A DNA stretch of 46,160 bases from Eubacteriales bacterium (lineage in GTDB: Bacteria; Bacillota; Clostridia; Oscillospirales; CAG-272). Shown piece by piece: positions 16,104 through 25,302 of the stretch. Numbering within the stretch: the first letter of the stretch is position 1; every line of letters starts with the position of its first letter. The stretch is taken from the NCBI GenBank assembly GCA_045660565.1, contig JAZRDX010000008.1, positions 1 through 46,160 of the forward strand. The letters are read 5' to 3'. Position numbers and translations under genes: made by a program. Below the pieces are notes generated by a model. The model did not search any database, had not been told where the DNA came from, and saw only the letters and a program-made list of their open reading frames with translations.

Positions 16104-16946
16104 TTATGCTTTTCCGGCTTTTATAAGTCCGATAACGTAGAAAACACCGAATGCAGCGATGTTGGTAAGCGCAATAGTAGAGCCTACGGGGGTGGATGCC
16201 AAAATACATATAACCGTTCCGATAAGAGCGCAGGTAACCGCGAGCAGTGCGGAGCAGATGACTACCTTTTTGAAGGTTTTAAAAACTCTCATTGCCGAGA
16301 GAGCGGGGAAGGTAATAAGCGCTGAAATGAGAAGCGCCCCTACCATATTCATCGCCATTACGATAACTACACCGGTTATTACCGCGATAAGCGTGTTGTA
16401 TATCTCCGCCTTTGTTCCCGTTGCCGAGGCGAAGCTTTCGTCAAAGGTAACGGCAAAGATTTTGTGGTAGAAAAAGATAAACACGAATAAAACGACCAGA
16501 GCCAGAGTCGCGCAGAGAATAACGTCGGATTTTTTAATTCCTATTATACTTGCCGAGCCGAAAAGCGTTGAACACGCGTCTCCGCTTATGCTTGACGATT
16601 TTGACGGAAAAAGATTAAGCATCATATAACCGAATGCAAGAGCGCCTGCGGAAATCATTGCTATTGCAGCGTCTCCCTGTATCTTTGTGTTTGAACGTAT
16701 GCGCAGAAGCAGTACTGCCGCCACAACGGTAAAAGGGAGCGCGATATAAACGGGAGTAAAGCTTGCCGCGGTGGCTATCGAGGTTGCTCCGAACGCAACG
16801 TGAGAAAGACCGTCGCCTATCATTGAAAAGCGCTTTAGAACGAGGCTTACTCCGAGCAGTGCCGCGCAAAGTGAGACGAGAGCTAAAACGAGAGTTGAGT
16901 ATCTGACCGTCGGGTAGGTCTTAAAATAAAATATCAGGGTGTCCAT
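16104..16946 (-). CDS. znuB: Metal (zinc-type) ABC transporter permease, ABC-3 family
   Basis: Polytopic membrane protein of 280 aa. Its start overlaps the znuC stop (TAATG). Operon context includes a His-rich SBP and a Fur-family regulator. Confidence 0.75.
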   Translation of the reverse strand: MDTLIFYFKTYPTVRYSTLVLALVSLCAALLGVSLVLKRFSMIGDGLSHVAFGATSIATAASFTPVYIALPFTVVAAVLLLRIRSNTKIQGDAAIAMISAGALAFGYMMLNLFPSKSSSISGDACSTLFGSASIIGIKKSDVILCATLALVVLFVFIFFYHKIFAVTFDESFASATGTKAEIYNTLIAVITGVVIVMAMNMVGALLISALITFPALSAMRVFKTFKKVVICSALLAVTCALIGTVICILASTPVGSTIALTNIAAFGVFYVIGLIKAGKA

Positions 16947-17728
16947 TACTGCTCTCCTTTTGTTTCGGCTTTTTCGGTTTCTGAGTTCGGGGTAAGGTCC
17001 TGCGGGGTGTTTTCGGTAATACCCGTGTGGGCGTTTTTACCTAAAAAAGATTTAAAGACTTCGCTTTCAAGGTAATCTTCCTTCGTCCCGAAGAAAAGCG
17101 GCTCGTGGCTTATGTGAAGAATGTGAGATGCGTATTTTACAGCCGCGTCCATGTCGTGCGAAACCATAACGACGGTTACGCCGCAGGAGTTAAGATGCTC
17201 TATTATCGAATACATCTCCTGGGTAACCTTCGGATCGAGTCCCGAAACGGGCTCGTCAAGTATAAGCAGCTTTGACGAGGCACATAGTGCGCGGGCAAGT
17301 AAAACCCTTTGCTGCTGACCGCCCGAAAGCTCTCTGTAACAGCGGCCTGAAAGCTCTGTTATTCCGAGAAGACTCATATTGTACCTTGCCGTTTCCTTTT
17401 GAAGCGAGGTATAAAACGGACGCAGTCCCGAGCGGTTAAGACAGCCCGAAATTACCACCTCAAAGGCAGATGCGGGGAAGTCTTTCTGTGTTAACGTCTG
17501 CTGCGGAAGGTAGCCTATCTGATTTTTCTTAAGTCCGTCTCCGAAGATGAGCGAGCCGCCCATTTTTGATTTAAGACCGAGCAGCGTTTTCATAAGAGTA
17601 CTTTTGCCGGAGCCGTTTTCTCCGATTATGCAAAGGTAGTCCCCCTCGTTAATTTCAAAATTCAGGTTTTCGACGATTATATGCCCCTCGTAGCCGAGGG
17701 CAAGATTTTCCGATTTTATAAGTGCCAT
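16946..17728 (-). CDS. znuC: Metal ABC transporter ATP-binding protein
   Basis: Walker A GENGSGKST, signature LSGGQQQR and Walker B LLILDEP. The second ATG at 17728 has a GGAG RBS 8 nt upstream. The track start at 17752 remains possible. Confidence 0.8.
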   Translation of the reverse strand: MALIKSENLALGYEGHIIVENLNFEINEGDYLCIIGENGSGKSTLMKTLLGLKSKMGGSLIFGDGLKKNQIGYLPQQTLTQKDFPASAFEVVISGCLNRSGLRPFYTSLQKETARYNMSLLGITELSGRCYRELSGGQQQRVLLARALCASSKLLILDEPVSGLDPKVTQEMYSIIEHLNSCGVTVVMVSHDMDAAVKYASHILHISHEPLFFGTKEDYLESEVFKSFLGKNAHTGITENTPQDLTPNSETEKAETKGEQ

Positions 17729-17863
17729 TGTTTTTCTCCGTTTTTTTTGCATTTTTCCGTGTTTTATGGAGCTGTAAATGAATTTTGTCGGGTCCGGGTG
17801 CGTTTCACGACCGTTTTAAGCCGTGTACGGTGGATGAAAATGCCCGGCCGCAGTGAAAGAGCA

Positions 17864-18841
17864 TTACTTAATAGCCTCTCTTAGTGCCTCAAGGTTTTTT
17901 GTCATAAAGTCAAGGTAATTTGCCCCTGCCTGTATCTCGGCACGGGTTACCGACTGCATTGAGTTTAATACCACCTTTTTGCACCCCGTCTCGGCGCATA
18001 TGTTGTCCGCGAGAGCCTTGTTTCCGCCCTCGGTTACTATTACCGCCGAAAGGGAGTGCTCCTTCACCGCGTTAATAAGCTTAACCTGCGTCGCGAAATC
18101 CGAGTTGACCTCGGTGGAGCAGCCGCTGAATGCGGCATAGTAGCAGAGGCCGTAATCGTTTGTCATATAAATGAACGGAAAACGGTCGGCAACCACAACG
18201 GTTTTTGTTTTAGCCCCGTTAACCGCGGCGCGGTATTCTCCGTCAAGCGCGTTTATTTTTGTCTTGAACGCATCCGCCTGGGCCGTGTAATACGCCGCGT
18301 TAGCCGAGTCCTTTTCGATAAATGCTGAAGAAATTTTGTCGGTTATGGTTATAGCGTTTTTGAGCGAGAGCCATATATGCTCGTCGCCGCCGTGGTCGAG
18401 TGCTTCGTTTTCGCTGTGATCTTCTTCGTGGTTATGACCTTCAAGCTCGGCGTGCATAAGCTCTATTCCGTCGGTGAGATACAGTACCTTTAAATCCGGG
18501 TTTTCGGCAGAGCTTATCGCATCGTCCACCCATTTTTTGTCCGTCTCTCCGCCAACGCATATAAATACGTCCGCTTCGCTGAGTGCCTTAAGTGTTTTTG
18601 CCGTAGGGGAGTAATTATGAAGGTCCGCTCCGTTGTCCTGTAAAACGGTAACCGTGATTTTTTCGCCGCCTATCTGTCTTGCGAAATCAAACGGCGGAAA
18701 GCTTGTACATACGACCTTGAGCGCGCCGTCTCCCTCGCTGTAAAGCGCCGCTGACGAGCAAGCGGGTAAAACGCTTAAGCAGAACGTTAAAATTAACGTC
18801 AGAATCAGTGTTTTTGCCAGGCAGTATTTTTTGTTTTTCAT
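17864..18841 (-). CDS. znuA: Metal ABC transporter substrate-binding lipoprotein with a His/Asp/Glu-rich loop (zinc-specific type)
   Basis: Lipobox LPACSS. The cluster A-1 SBP layout carries the loop HAELEGHNHEEDHSENEALDHGGDEH, which is typical of ZnuA/AdcA. Confidence 0.75.
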   Translation of the reverse strand: MKNKKYCLAKTLILTLILTFCLSVLPACSSAALYSEGDGALKVVCTSFPPFDFARQIGGEKITVTVLQDNGADLHNYSPTAKTLKALSEADVFICVGGETDKKWVDDAISSAENPDLKVLYLTDGIELMHAELEGHNHEEDHSENEALDHGGDEHIWLSLKNAITITDKISSAFIEKDSANAAYYTAQADAFKTKINALDGEYRAAVNGAKTKTVVVADRFPFIYMTNDYGLCYYAAFSGCSTEVNSDFATQVKLINAVKEHSLSAVIVTEGGNKALADNICAETGCKKVVLNSMQSVTRAEIQAGANYLDFMTKNLEALREAIK

Positions 18842-19034
18842 GTTAAAATCGTTACCTCGAATATGTTTTATTTATCCTTACTTTTTTCACTGTGGTGCAG
18901 CCGTGGTTCTATAAATAATGTAGTTTTGTAAACGTAAAAACGCTTTTTAAGCTTCCTTTTTGCCTTGAAAATTCAGGTGATCGGAGGGTGCTTTTTGTAT
19001 GCGCTTTTACCGTGTCGGCAGATGCCTCGACGGC

Positions 19035-19424
19035 TTATCTGCAATCGGAGCATACACCGTAAAAAACCGTTTGAGATTTACTGAGACCGAAGCCGTGATG
19101 CGCCATAAAATGCTCTTCCATCCGCTTTATAAATCCGCAGTCTGCGCATACTGTTTTTCCGCAGTTTGTGCATTTAAGATGGAAATGTCCGCTATGGCTT
19201 TTGTTGTATCTGTAAACCGCGCTTTCGCCTACGTCTCCCGAAAAACGAAGAACGCTTCCTTCGTTTACGAATCGCTCAAGGCTTCGGTATGCGGTAGCCT
19301 TTGATGCTCCGAGAGCGGTTATTATCTCGTCAGCGCTTACGCAGCGGTTTTCTGTTTTCAGATATTCGAGAATCGCTTCTCTTTGACGTGTTTTGTATCC
19401 GTTTTCTCTGTTGATGTCGCTCAA
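19035..19424 (-). CDS. zur: Fur-family transcriptional repressor, probably Zur
   Basis: An N-terminal winged helix (TRQREAILEYL) and C-terminal CxxC...CxxC pairs (CTNCGKTVCADC, CSDC). The only in-frame start is the TTG at 19424, which directly abuts AAGGAG with zero spacing, so the start is uncertain. Confidence 0.7.
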   Translation of the reverse strand: MSDINRENGYKTRQREAILEYLKTENRCVSADEIITALGASKATAYRSLERFVNEGSVLRFSGDVGESAVYRYNKSHSGHFHLKCTNCGKTVCADCGFIKRMEEHFMAHHGFGLSKSQTVFYGVCSDCR

Positions 19425-19445
19425 CTCCTTTTTGGATCATTTTGC

Positions 19446-19470
19446 GAAAATGAAACTCGGTTTCAATTTC
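19446..19470. promoter_or_regulatory. Candidate operator palindrome upstream of zur
   Basis: gaaaaTGAAACtcgGTTTCAatttc has perfect 6-3-6 inverted-repeat arms, extendable with mismatches. It lies 22-46 bp upstream of the zur start. Confidence 0.4.
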
Positions 19471-19695
19471 AACTGCAATTTTAGCATAATACTTTGAATT
19501 TGACGGTTTGAAAATGTTAATTTAGTGTGAATTTTTGTTGCAGGCGTATTCTTCCAAGTGAAAAGATTGCTTTGGAGAGTATAAACGTAGCGCTAGTTTG
19601 GGCAGTTTGCTATAAAATATAAATATGCCTTTGGTTATATTGCGAGGAATAATGAAATGGGTTGAAAAAATACATTTCGAAATCGAAAAAATACA

Positions 19696-19724
19696 TTGAT
19701 AAAACAGACGTTGGATGCTATAAT
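19696..19724 (+). promoter_or_regulatory. SigA-type promoter for the Cys-rich lipoprotein gene
   Basis: TTGATA-17 nt-TATAAT, 38 nt upstream of the ATG at 19762. Confidence 0.6.
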
Positions 19725-19761
19725 TGTACTTGCTAAAATATTCTATTTAAGGAGAGCAATT

Positions 19762-22700
19762 ATGAAAAAAATACGGATACTCGCACTTCTTCTTGCGGTT
19801 CTGATGATTCCTTTTTCACTGCTTGTCGCTTGTAAAAAAGACAGTGATGAGGATGACGTGTGCTCCGTCAACGGACACGAGTGGAACAAAAAAGAAGTAA
19901 CGCTTGAGAAAAGGACCTGTACCACACCGGGTTTGAAGGAAAGAACCTGTAAGGTGTGTAAGATAGTCGAAGAGTACGAATGGAAGCCCGAAGGACATAC
20001 CATAGCCAAGGCTGAATGGGTATATAACGAGGACGCTACCTGTACTGAGGACGGACACGAGACAAGATCCTGCGCTCTTTGTAGCTATTTTGAAACGAGG
20101 GTAAAGAAGAATACCGCACTCGGTCATATCTTCCTTCATTACACCCTTTCCGAGGACGGTTACAGCGAAACGGCTGCATGTAATATTTGCTCGGTTGTTA
20201 CCGATACCAGACTTGTCGGAATCAATATTGACTTTGAGGGAGAAAAGAACACACTCAGCTACGGCGCGCTCACCGTATACACTCCCGAAGGTGTAACCGA
20301 CTACTACAAGACCGAGGGCGAGGATGAGACCTTTAACTCCTATTTGCAGATAGACAGAACCACCGATATTAACATCGGAGATCACGGTTACGGCGCGATA
20401 TTCGCTCCCGGTTATAACAGACTTAAGGAGAACAGCTACGTAGCGGAATTTGATGTTAAAATCAGCAAGGACAACACGAAGGACCTCGTTCTCCTTCAGG
20501 GAAACAAGGAGTTTACTTCCGTTGATTTCCTTACCTACGACGCAGATGCTCACACCATTAACATCACGTACGGTCCCATCTATACTCTCACAGAGAATGA
20601 CTACGACAGATGGATGAAGCTCTCTGTTGTTCTTAACGACATCGAGCGTAAATACGAGTTCTACATGGATAACAAGCTTGTAATTTCCGGTGTTGAATAT
20701 CAGAACGACGATTACTTTGCCGGAATGGACCTTGAGAACTTCAAGATTGCTATGACGCACGAGGTTGGAGTAGCTTCAACGTTTGCGCTTGATAACATTG
20801 ATATTTACATTGCGTTCTCGCCTAAGGGATACGAAGGAGCGACACTTGATCCCGATTACGCGGTATTCCAGACGGAGTACAATAAGAATAAAATAATGTA
20901 TAAGAAGCTTACCGACGGTTGTACGCATGATTTAAGCGCTCAGTCCGTAGAGGCAGATTGCTACAACGACGGATACAGCTACAAGCTCTGCTCCGTATGT
21001 AATGGTAAGACCGAGTTTGCGACTGTCTCGGAAAAGCTTACGCACAACATGGAGAACATCCCCCCGGAGCAGGGCGGCTATAAAGAGTCTACCTGTACCG
21101 AATACGGCGCTATCTACAAAAAATGTTCTCTTTGCGGATACAAGGATAAAGAAGTGGTTGCGATGAAGAACCACGTAATAGATACCGATGCGGCATCTTA
21201 CCGCAACATTCCCGCAACCTGTCTCGCTGACGGTTATATTACCGGTGAATGTAAGGTCTGCCACTGTGAAATGAATTTGTTCAACGGTGAATATAAGAGC
21301 GGACACAACGCAGTTGATATTGAGGTTGTACAGGAGGCTAACTGTGTAAGAGACGGTTACAGCAAGGGAAGATGTGCAAATCCCGGCTGCGGAATTACCG
21401 TTACCAAAAACGAAGTTCCCGCCTACGGACATCTTATGAAGTCTGTAATCAAGGACAGCAGAGACGGAAAGGTAATTGAAAACTTCTGTCTCAGATGTAA
21501 CCTTGACGAATACAAGACCACCCAGCCTCTCGCTACTGCCGGAGACTTCCCGACCTTTGATGAAATGAAGGCGCTTCTCGGAGACCGTTTCTACGGCGGA
21601 ACCGACGGCGCGGGCTTCTCTAACGGAACGTTCAGCACCGGAACCAATAAATCCAGTATGCGTTTCACAAACGATGGAAGTAGCAGTACAGCGGCTAAGG
21701 TAACCGAGGGACAGAATACCTTCCTCAGAGTAAAGCATACCGCGACCGGATACATTAACTACCTTGATGATTTAAAGCAGAAGGATAAAGACGTAGTTCT
21801 TGAAATCTCGCTCAGACTTCCCGCAAACGGCAAATCCGTAACAGGATATATGACCGCGGGACACAGAGATAAGCCCGGACATAACGTTGTAATGAGAGTA
21901 TTCACGCTTGACGAAAGCGGAAATATCATCTTCGACCCGAACACCGATAAAAAGGTTACCATAGGAAAGCTTACCAGCACCGAGTTCTCAAAAATCGCAT
22001 TTGTATTCCATCAGAGCGACGCAACCGTTGACGCTTACTTTAACGGTGCGCTTATAGTTCAGAACCACCTTATATCAAAAGGAGATACAGCCTACAAGCT
22101 TCCCGAGGGCGGACTTCTTTACGAGTACCGTTTCATGTTTGATAACGTATCCAGCGGAGAAAAGGGACTTGACGTTGACGATATGTTCTTATATCAGGCG
22201 TCTGCTCCGGCTTACATAACCAATCCTTTCCTTCCCAATAGCGCGGGAACGGTTTACGACGTAAGCAATAACATAGCCGGCGATACCGGTGAAACTCCTT
22301 ATATCCCGAATAACATGAGCGGTGTGCTTGGAGCCAATATGCAGATTTCCAGCAACAAGGGCTTCCGTGCATACGTTGAAGAAATTGAGGGCGCAGCGGG
22401 CGAAATGATTTCCGCTCTCCACTGTATCAAGGGCGACAGCGTTACAAGTATTCCGACCGCAAACGTAAGTAAAGCGGATTCCGAAATTTCAACCATTCCG
22501 ACCATTATGAACAGCACAGCCGCGGTTATCGGTAATAAAGTTAAATTTAACGCGGGCAGCTTCAGCGGCGGAAATATGAATACCGGAAAGATAGTACTTG
22601 CCCAGGGAAGAAAGGTAACGGACGCCGGAACTCAGTTCTATGATTTCCTTTACGTTGAAAACGGAATACTTAAATCCGGAGACAAAAACCCTCTTTACGC

Positions 22701-23988
22701 GATTAAGCAGGACGAGTGGATTACCTTTGAGATTGTTGTAAATGAAGTACTTGGAAGCTATGACGTATATATTAACGGAATTTGTCAGGCTGCGGGTATA
22801 AAATGCACACCGGAATATGCTGTTCCTAAGTATACTCAGCTTGAATATAAGTTGCTGACCATCAGCGAAGGTACGTTTGATTTCTATATGGCGGACACCG
22901 CGCTTTATGCAGGTGCGATAGCTCCCGTATCCGATGTTGTTGTCGGAAAGATTGAAAAGGTTATCGTAAAAACCGAGCTTGAGCAGAAGTTTAGCGCAGT
23001 AACCTTCTATGAAAATCATAGTGTTTCTTCCTATTATGACTACGTAGGAAAGATTGTTACTTCTACCGACGGATTATCTCTTCTTACTCTTAGCGACGCG
23101 GCGCTCTATGCGAAGAAGGAAGCTGTAAGCATCGCTAAGATTGACGGTAAAACCGTTCTCAGAACCACAGATTATAAGATAAATAACCTTAAGGCTTTGG
23201 AGTTTAAGTATCTTGAAAATACTAAGCTTAAAGGCAGCACCCCTGGAGTATACGATTTGTCCGGATACAAGTACCTTACCGTAAATCTTAACGTTGAGGC
23301 AACCACCGGATACAACATTATATTTAAGCTTATGACGGAAAACGGCTACTATCAGATGCGTATATACTTACTCAGCACCGGATGGCAGACCATAACAATG
23401 CCCCTTTTCTCAGAGGGTGATTATCCTTACTTCAAGAGTGTAGGCACCACGAGCGGAAGGATGGACGACGTCATATCTCTCAGAATTGAATTTGAGGGCG
23501 GAATCGCAGGAAACGGTAACGGAAAGCTTATGGACGGAACCACGATCTCCTTTGAAAGAATAAGCTTTGAAAACGATACGTTCAGACACAGCGAGTACAT
23601 TGGCGAGAACCTTGATACCAGAGAGTTCTGTAAGACTCATACCTACGGTGAGGGTGATAGCGTAACCGTTGCGCCCACCTGTAAAAAGTCGGGCTATACC
23701 AAGCGTGTTTGCAGCGAGTGCGGACATATCTCGGTTACAAACGTTAAGCCGCCTCTTAAGCTTGCTGACATCACGGTAGATGCCGACAAGAATGTTACAC
23801 CGGTAAACTTCTGTGTAAATGCCGGTATTACCGTTAACCACTTCGTATGTAACTGCGGCGGAGATTCAGACACGGAATGCGTCGGCGATTACTATGCGAT
23901 AACAGAGTATATTCCCGCGAGAGACCACGTTATAGCTGACGGTAGCTGTACGACGGGATGCGGAAAAGAGCTTCAGCCCGCCGCATAA
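19762..23988 (+). CDS. 1408-aa surface lipoprotein with about 9 Cys/His-rich repeats in three clusters, separated by LamG/concanavalin-like beta-sandwich regions
   Basis: AAGGAGAG RBS and signal plus lipobox MKKIRILALLLAVLMIPFSLLVAC. The track start at 19696 is upstream of the RBS. The repeat pattern is [GTN]H-x(10-17)-C-x2-[DPY]G-x(4-5)-C-x2-C. No catalytic motif was recognised. Confidence 0.6.
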   Translation: MKKIRILALLLAVLMIPFSLLVACKKDSDEDDVCSVNGHEWNKKEVTLEKRTCTTPGLKERTCKVCKIVEEYEWKPEGHTIAKAEWVYNEDATCTEDGHETRSCALCSYFETRVKKNTALGHIFLHYTLSEDGYSETAACNICSVVTDTRLVGINIDFEGEKNTLSYGALTVYTPEGVTDYYKTEGEDETFNSYLQIDRTTDINIGDHGYGAIFAPGYNRLKENSYVAEFDVKISKDNTKDLVLLQGNKEFTSVDFLTYDADAHTINITYGPIYTLTENDYDRWMKLSVVLNDIERKYEFYMDNKLVISGVEYQNDDYFAGMDLENFKIAMTHEVGVASTFALDNIDIYIAFSPKGYEGATLDPDYAVFQTEYNKNKIMYKKLTDGCTHDLSAQSVEADCYNDGYSYKLCSVCNGKTEFATVSEKLTHNMENIPPEQGGYKESTCTEYGAIYKKCSLCGYKDKEVVAMKNHVIDTDAASYRNIPATCLADGYITGECKVCHCEMNLFNGEYKSGHNAVDIEVVQEANCVRDGYSKGRCANPGCGITVTKNEVPAYGHLMKSVIKDSRDGKVIENFCLRCNLDEYKTTQPLATAGDFPTFDEMKALLGDRFYGGTDGAGFSNGTFSTGTNKSSMRFTNDGSSSTAAKVTEGQNTFLRVKHTATGYINYLDDLKQKDKDVVLEISLRLPANGKSVTGYMTAGHRDKPGHNVVMRVFTLDESGNIIFDPNTDKKVTIGKLTSTEFSKIAFVFHQSDATVDAYFNGALIVQNHLISKGDTAYKLPEGGLLYEYRFMFDNVSSGEKGLDVDDMFLYQASAPAYITNPFLPNSAGTVYDVSNNIAGDTGETPYIPNNMSGVLGANMQISSNKGFRAYVEEIEGAAGEMISALHCIKGDSVTSIPTANVSKADSEISTIPTIMNSTAAVIGNKVKFNAGSFSGGNMNTGKIVLAQGRKVTDAGTQFYDFLYVENGILKSGDKNPLYAIKQDEWITFEIVVNEVLGSYDVYINGICQAAGIKCTPEYAVPKYTQLEYKLLTISEGTFDFYMADTALYAGAIAPVSDVVVGKIEKVIVKTELEQKFSAVTFYENHSVSSYYDYVGKIVTSTDGLSLLTLSDAALYAKKEAVSIAKIDGKTVLRTTDYKINNLKALEFKYLENTKLKGSTPGVYDLSGYKYLTVNLNVEATTGYNIIFKLMTENGYYQMRIYLLSTGWQTITMPLFSEGDYPYFKSVGTTSGRMDDVISLRIEFEGGIAGNGNGKLMDGTTISFERISFENDTFRHSEYIGENLDTREFCKTHTYGEGDSVTVAPTCKKSGYTKRVCSECGHISVTNVKPPLKLADITVDADKNVTPVNFCVNAGITVNHFVCNCGGDSDTECVGDYYAITEYIPARDHVIADGSCTTGCGKELQPAA

Positions 23989-24083
23989 GCTTAAGCTTTG
24001 GGTGAGTTTAACCTTTGAGTTGAGCCAAGCTCTTGACTGAACTTAAGCCTTGCGTGAGATTAACCCTTCGTTAAAGCAAAATT

Positions 24084-24120
24084 AAAGACCGAAAACGTGA
24101 AAGCGTTTTCGGTCTTTTCT
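24084..24120 (+). terminator. Rho-independent terminator of the lipoprotein gene
   Basis: Stem gaccgaaaacg/cgttttcggtc (11 bp) followed by ttttct. Confidence 0.75.
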
Positions 24121-24233
24121 GCTTTTAAAAAGCTTGGCAAAAACTTCTGTATAGCCGTAATGCATACCTTCGTTAACGGCTAAACCGCCCGACTCCGCGC
24201 GGCTTTTGGCAGATATGTAGTGGCGTGTTAAGT

Positions 24234-24270
24234 ATAAAAAACGTCGGCATGTGTACACACGCCGACGTAG
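24234..24270 (-). terminator. Rho-independent terminator of thyX
   Basis: The minus strand reads acgtcggcgtgtgtacacatgccgacgt followed by tttttt. Confidence 0.75.
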
Positions 24271-24295
24271 GTTGTTTTGACGACCAAGGGTGGGC

Positions 24296-25054
24296 TTAAA
24301 TCTTAGAAAAATACTCCCTTACCTCTTTAATTTTTCCGCAGGTGAAGGCGCCCTCGGCGCACTTGCCTTTTACGCAGGCAGGGCCGGCGTACTTAAAGAG
24401 AAGCGGGCAAGCTTCCTTACAAAGACGGAGCATCTCGGTAGCAAGCTCGCGGATTTCCCACTGAGCTCGGGTGCAACAGCGAAGCCTAAAGAAGTTCCAG
24501 AGAGAACGGACGTTCATAGTCATTATCATTCTCGTGTCGCAGGCGTTGGGAAGCACGAATCTCGCGTCCTCGTTAGCCGCCTTTTCAGCCGCTTTCTTAG
24601 CGTCCGCTTCGCTTTTTCCCTCGGCGAGCAGTCGCTCGTAATTTGCTTTGGTGAGTATGGCTTTGAGCTTTGCGTAATGCTCGGCATCCTCTTTCATAGC
24701 GGCGGTGTATTCCTCTAACGCCTCGGGAACTCTCGCTATTTCCGGCGGAACAATGTATTCAAAGCTGCTTTTATCAACGTATCTCTGACTTTGTACCGAG
24801 AATGAAGCTATTCTGTGGCGGGTTATCTGCGCAAGGAGCGCTCTTGAAACACCCTCTATACCGAATGTGAAAACCGCATGCTCAACGGGGCTTTCGTGTC
24901 CGAGGTCGGAGAGCATTTCAAGAAAATCCTCAACCTTTTCAGGGGTGAGCTTGTCCATAAGTGTGGAAATATCGCTCTTTGCATAGCAGAGCTTTGCGGC
25001 GGCGGCGATTATTTTATCTGCGTCGGGGGTGTGCGCAATTAATTCAACCTTCAT
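24296..25054 (-). CDS. thyX: FAD-dependent thymidylate synthase ThyX
   Basis: ThyX signature RHRIASFSVQSQR (RHRxxSxxxxSxR). The size of about 250 aa fits. Confidence 0.9.
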   Translation of the reverse strand: MKVELIAHTPDADKIIAAAAKLCYAKSDISTLMDKLTPEKVEDFLEMLSDLGHESPVEHAVFTFGIEGVSRALLAQITRHRIASFSVQSQRYVDKSSFEYIVPPEIARVPEALEEYTAAMKEDAEHYAKLKAILTKANYERLLAEGKSEADAKKAAEKAANEDARFVLPNACDTRMIMTMNVRSLWNFFRLRCCTRAQWEIRELATEMLRLCKEACPLLFKYAGPACVKGKCAEGAFTCGKIKEVREYFSKI

Positions 25055-25095
25055 TTTTAAAACCGTTCCTTTCAGCCGTTAAAATCACTTATATA

Positions 25096-25124
25096 CATTT
25101 TATCATTTTTTGATTACCTTGTCA
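25096..25124 (-). promoter_or_regulatory. SigA-type promoter for thyX
   Basis: The minus strand reads TTGACA-17 nt-TAAAAT, about 40 nt upstream of the start. Confidence 0.6.
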
Positions 25125-25230
25125 ATAAGGAAACAGAAAAAAGAATTTCGGTATTTGTTAATTATATTTACGGAGAACCACGGAGGATTTTCGGGGACGA
25201 TTAAAATATTTATGAAAAAGAGTTTTATTA

Positions 25231-25259
25231 TTGACAACGCGGTATTTAAGTGTTATAAT
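25231..25259 (+). promoter_or_regulatory. SigA-type promoter for the yfbR-like gene
   Basis: TTGACA-17 nt-TATAAT is an exact consensus, with TGT just upstream of the -10 element. Confidence 0.7.
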
Positions 25260-25302
25260 TAGATGTAGAGAATATAGAATTTCGAAGAGGAGAAAATGAC
25301 GG

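Noticed and set aside
18842-18862. A Zur-box-like half-site, GTAACGATTTTA, at the znuA start.
   Set aside because: Only the right half resembles the TCGTAAT-N-ATTACGA consensus. The left half matches at about 4 of 10 positions, and the site overlaps the RBS and start rather than a promoter.
18999-19304. A 101-aa plus-strand ORF with GGAGGG 10 nt upstream, antisense to zur.
   Set aside because: It overlaps almost all of the Fur-family gene on the opposite strand, and its product has no recognisable features. The SD-like hexamer is probably fortuitous. It cannot be excluded without expression data.
19652-19699. A 15-aa micro-ORF (MKWVEKIHFEIEKIH) created by the 13-bp direct repeats upstream of the lipoprotein promoter.
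   Set aside because: The GAGGA is only 3 nt from the ATG, and the ORF lies upstream of and overlapping the -35 element. The repeat is better explained as a DNA-level regulatory site.
23990-24068. An imperfect 27-bp direct repeat (cttaagctttgggtgagtttaaccttt and cttaagccttgcgtgagattaaccctt) just after the lipoprotein stop codon.
   Set aside because: It has 23 of 27 identity and only two copies. No associated structure or coding potential was found, so it is too weak to interpret.
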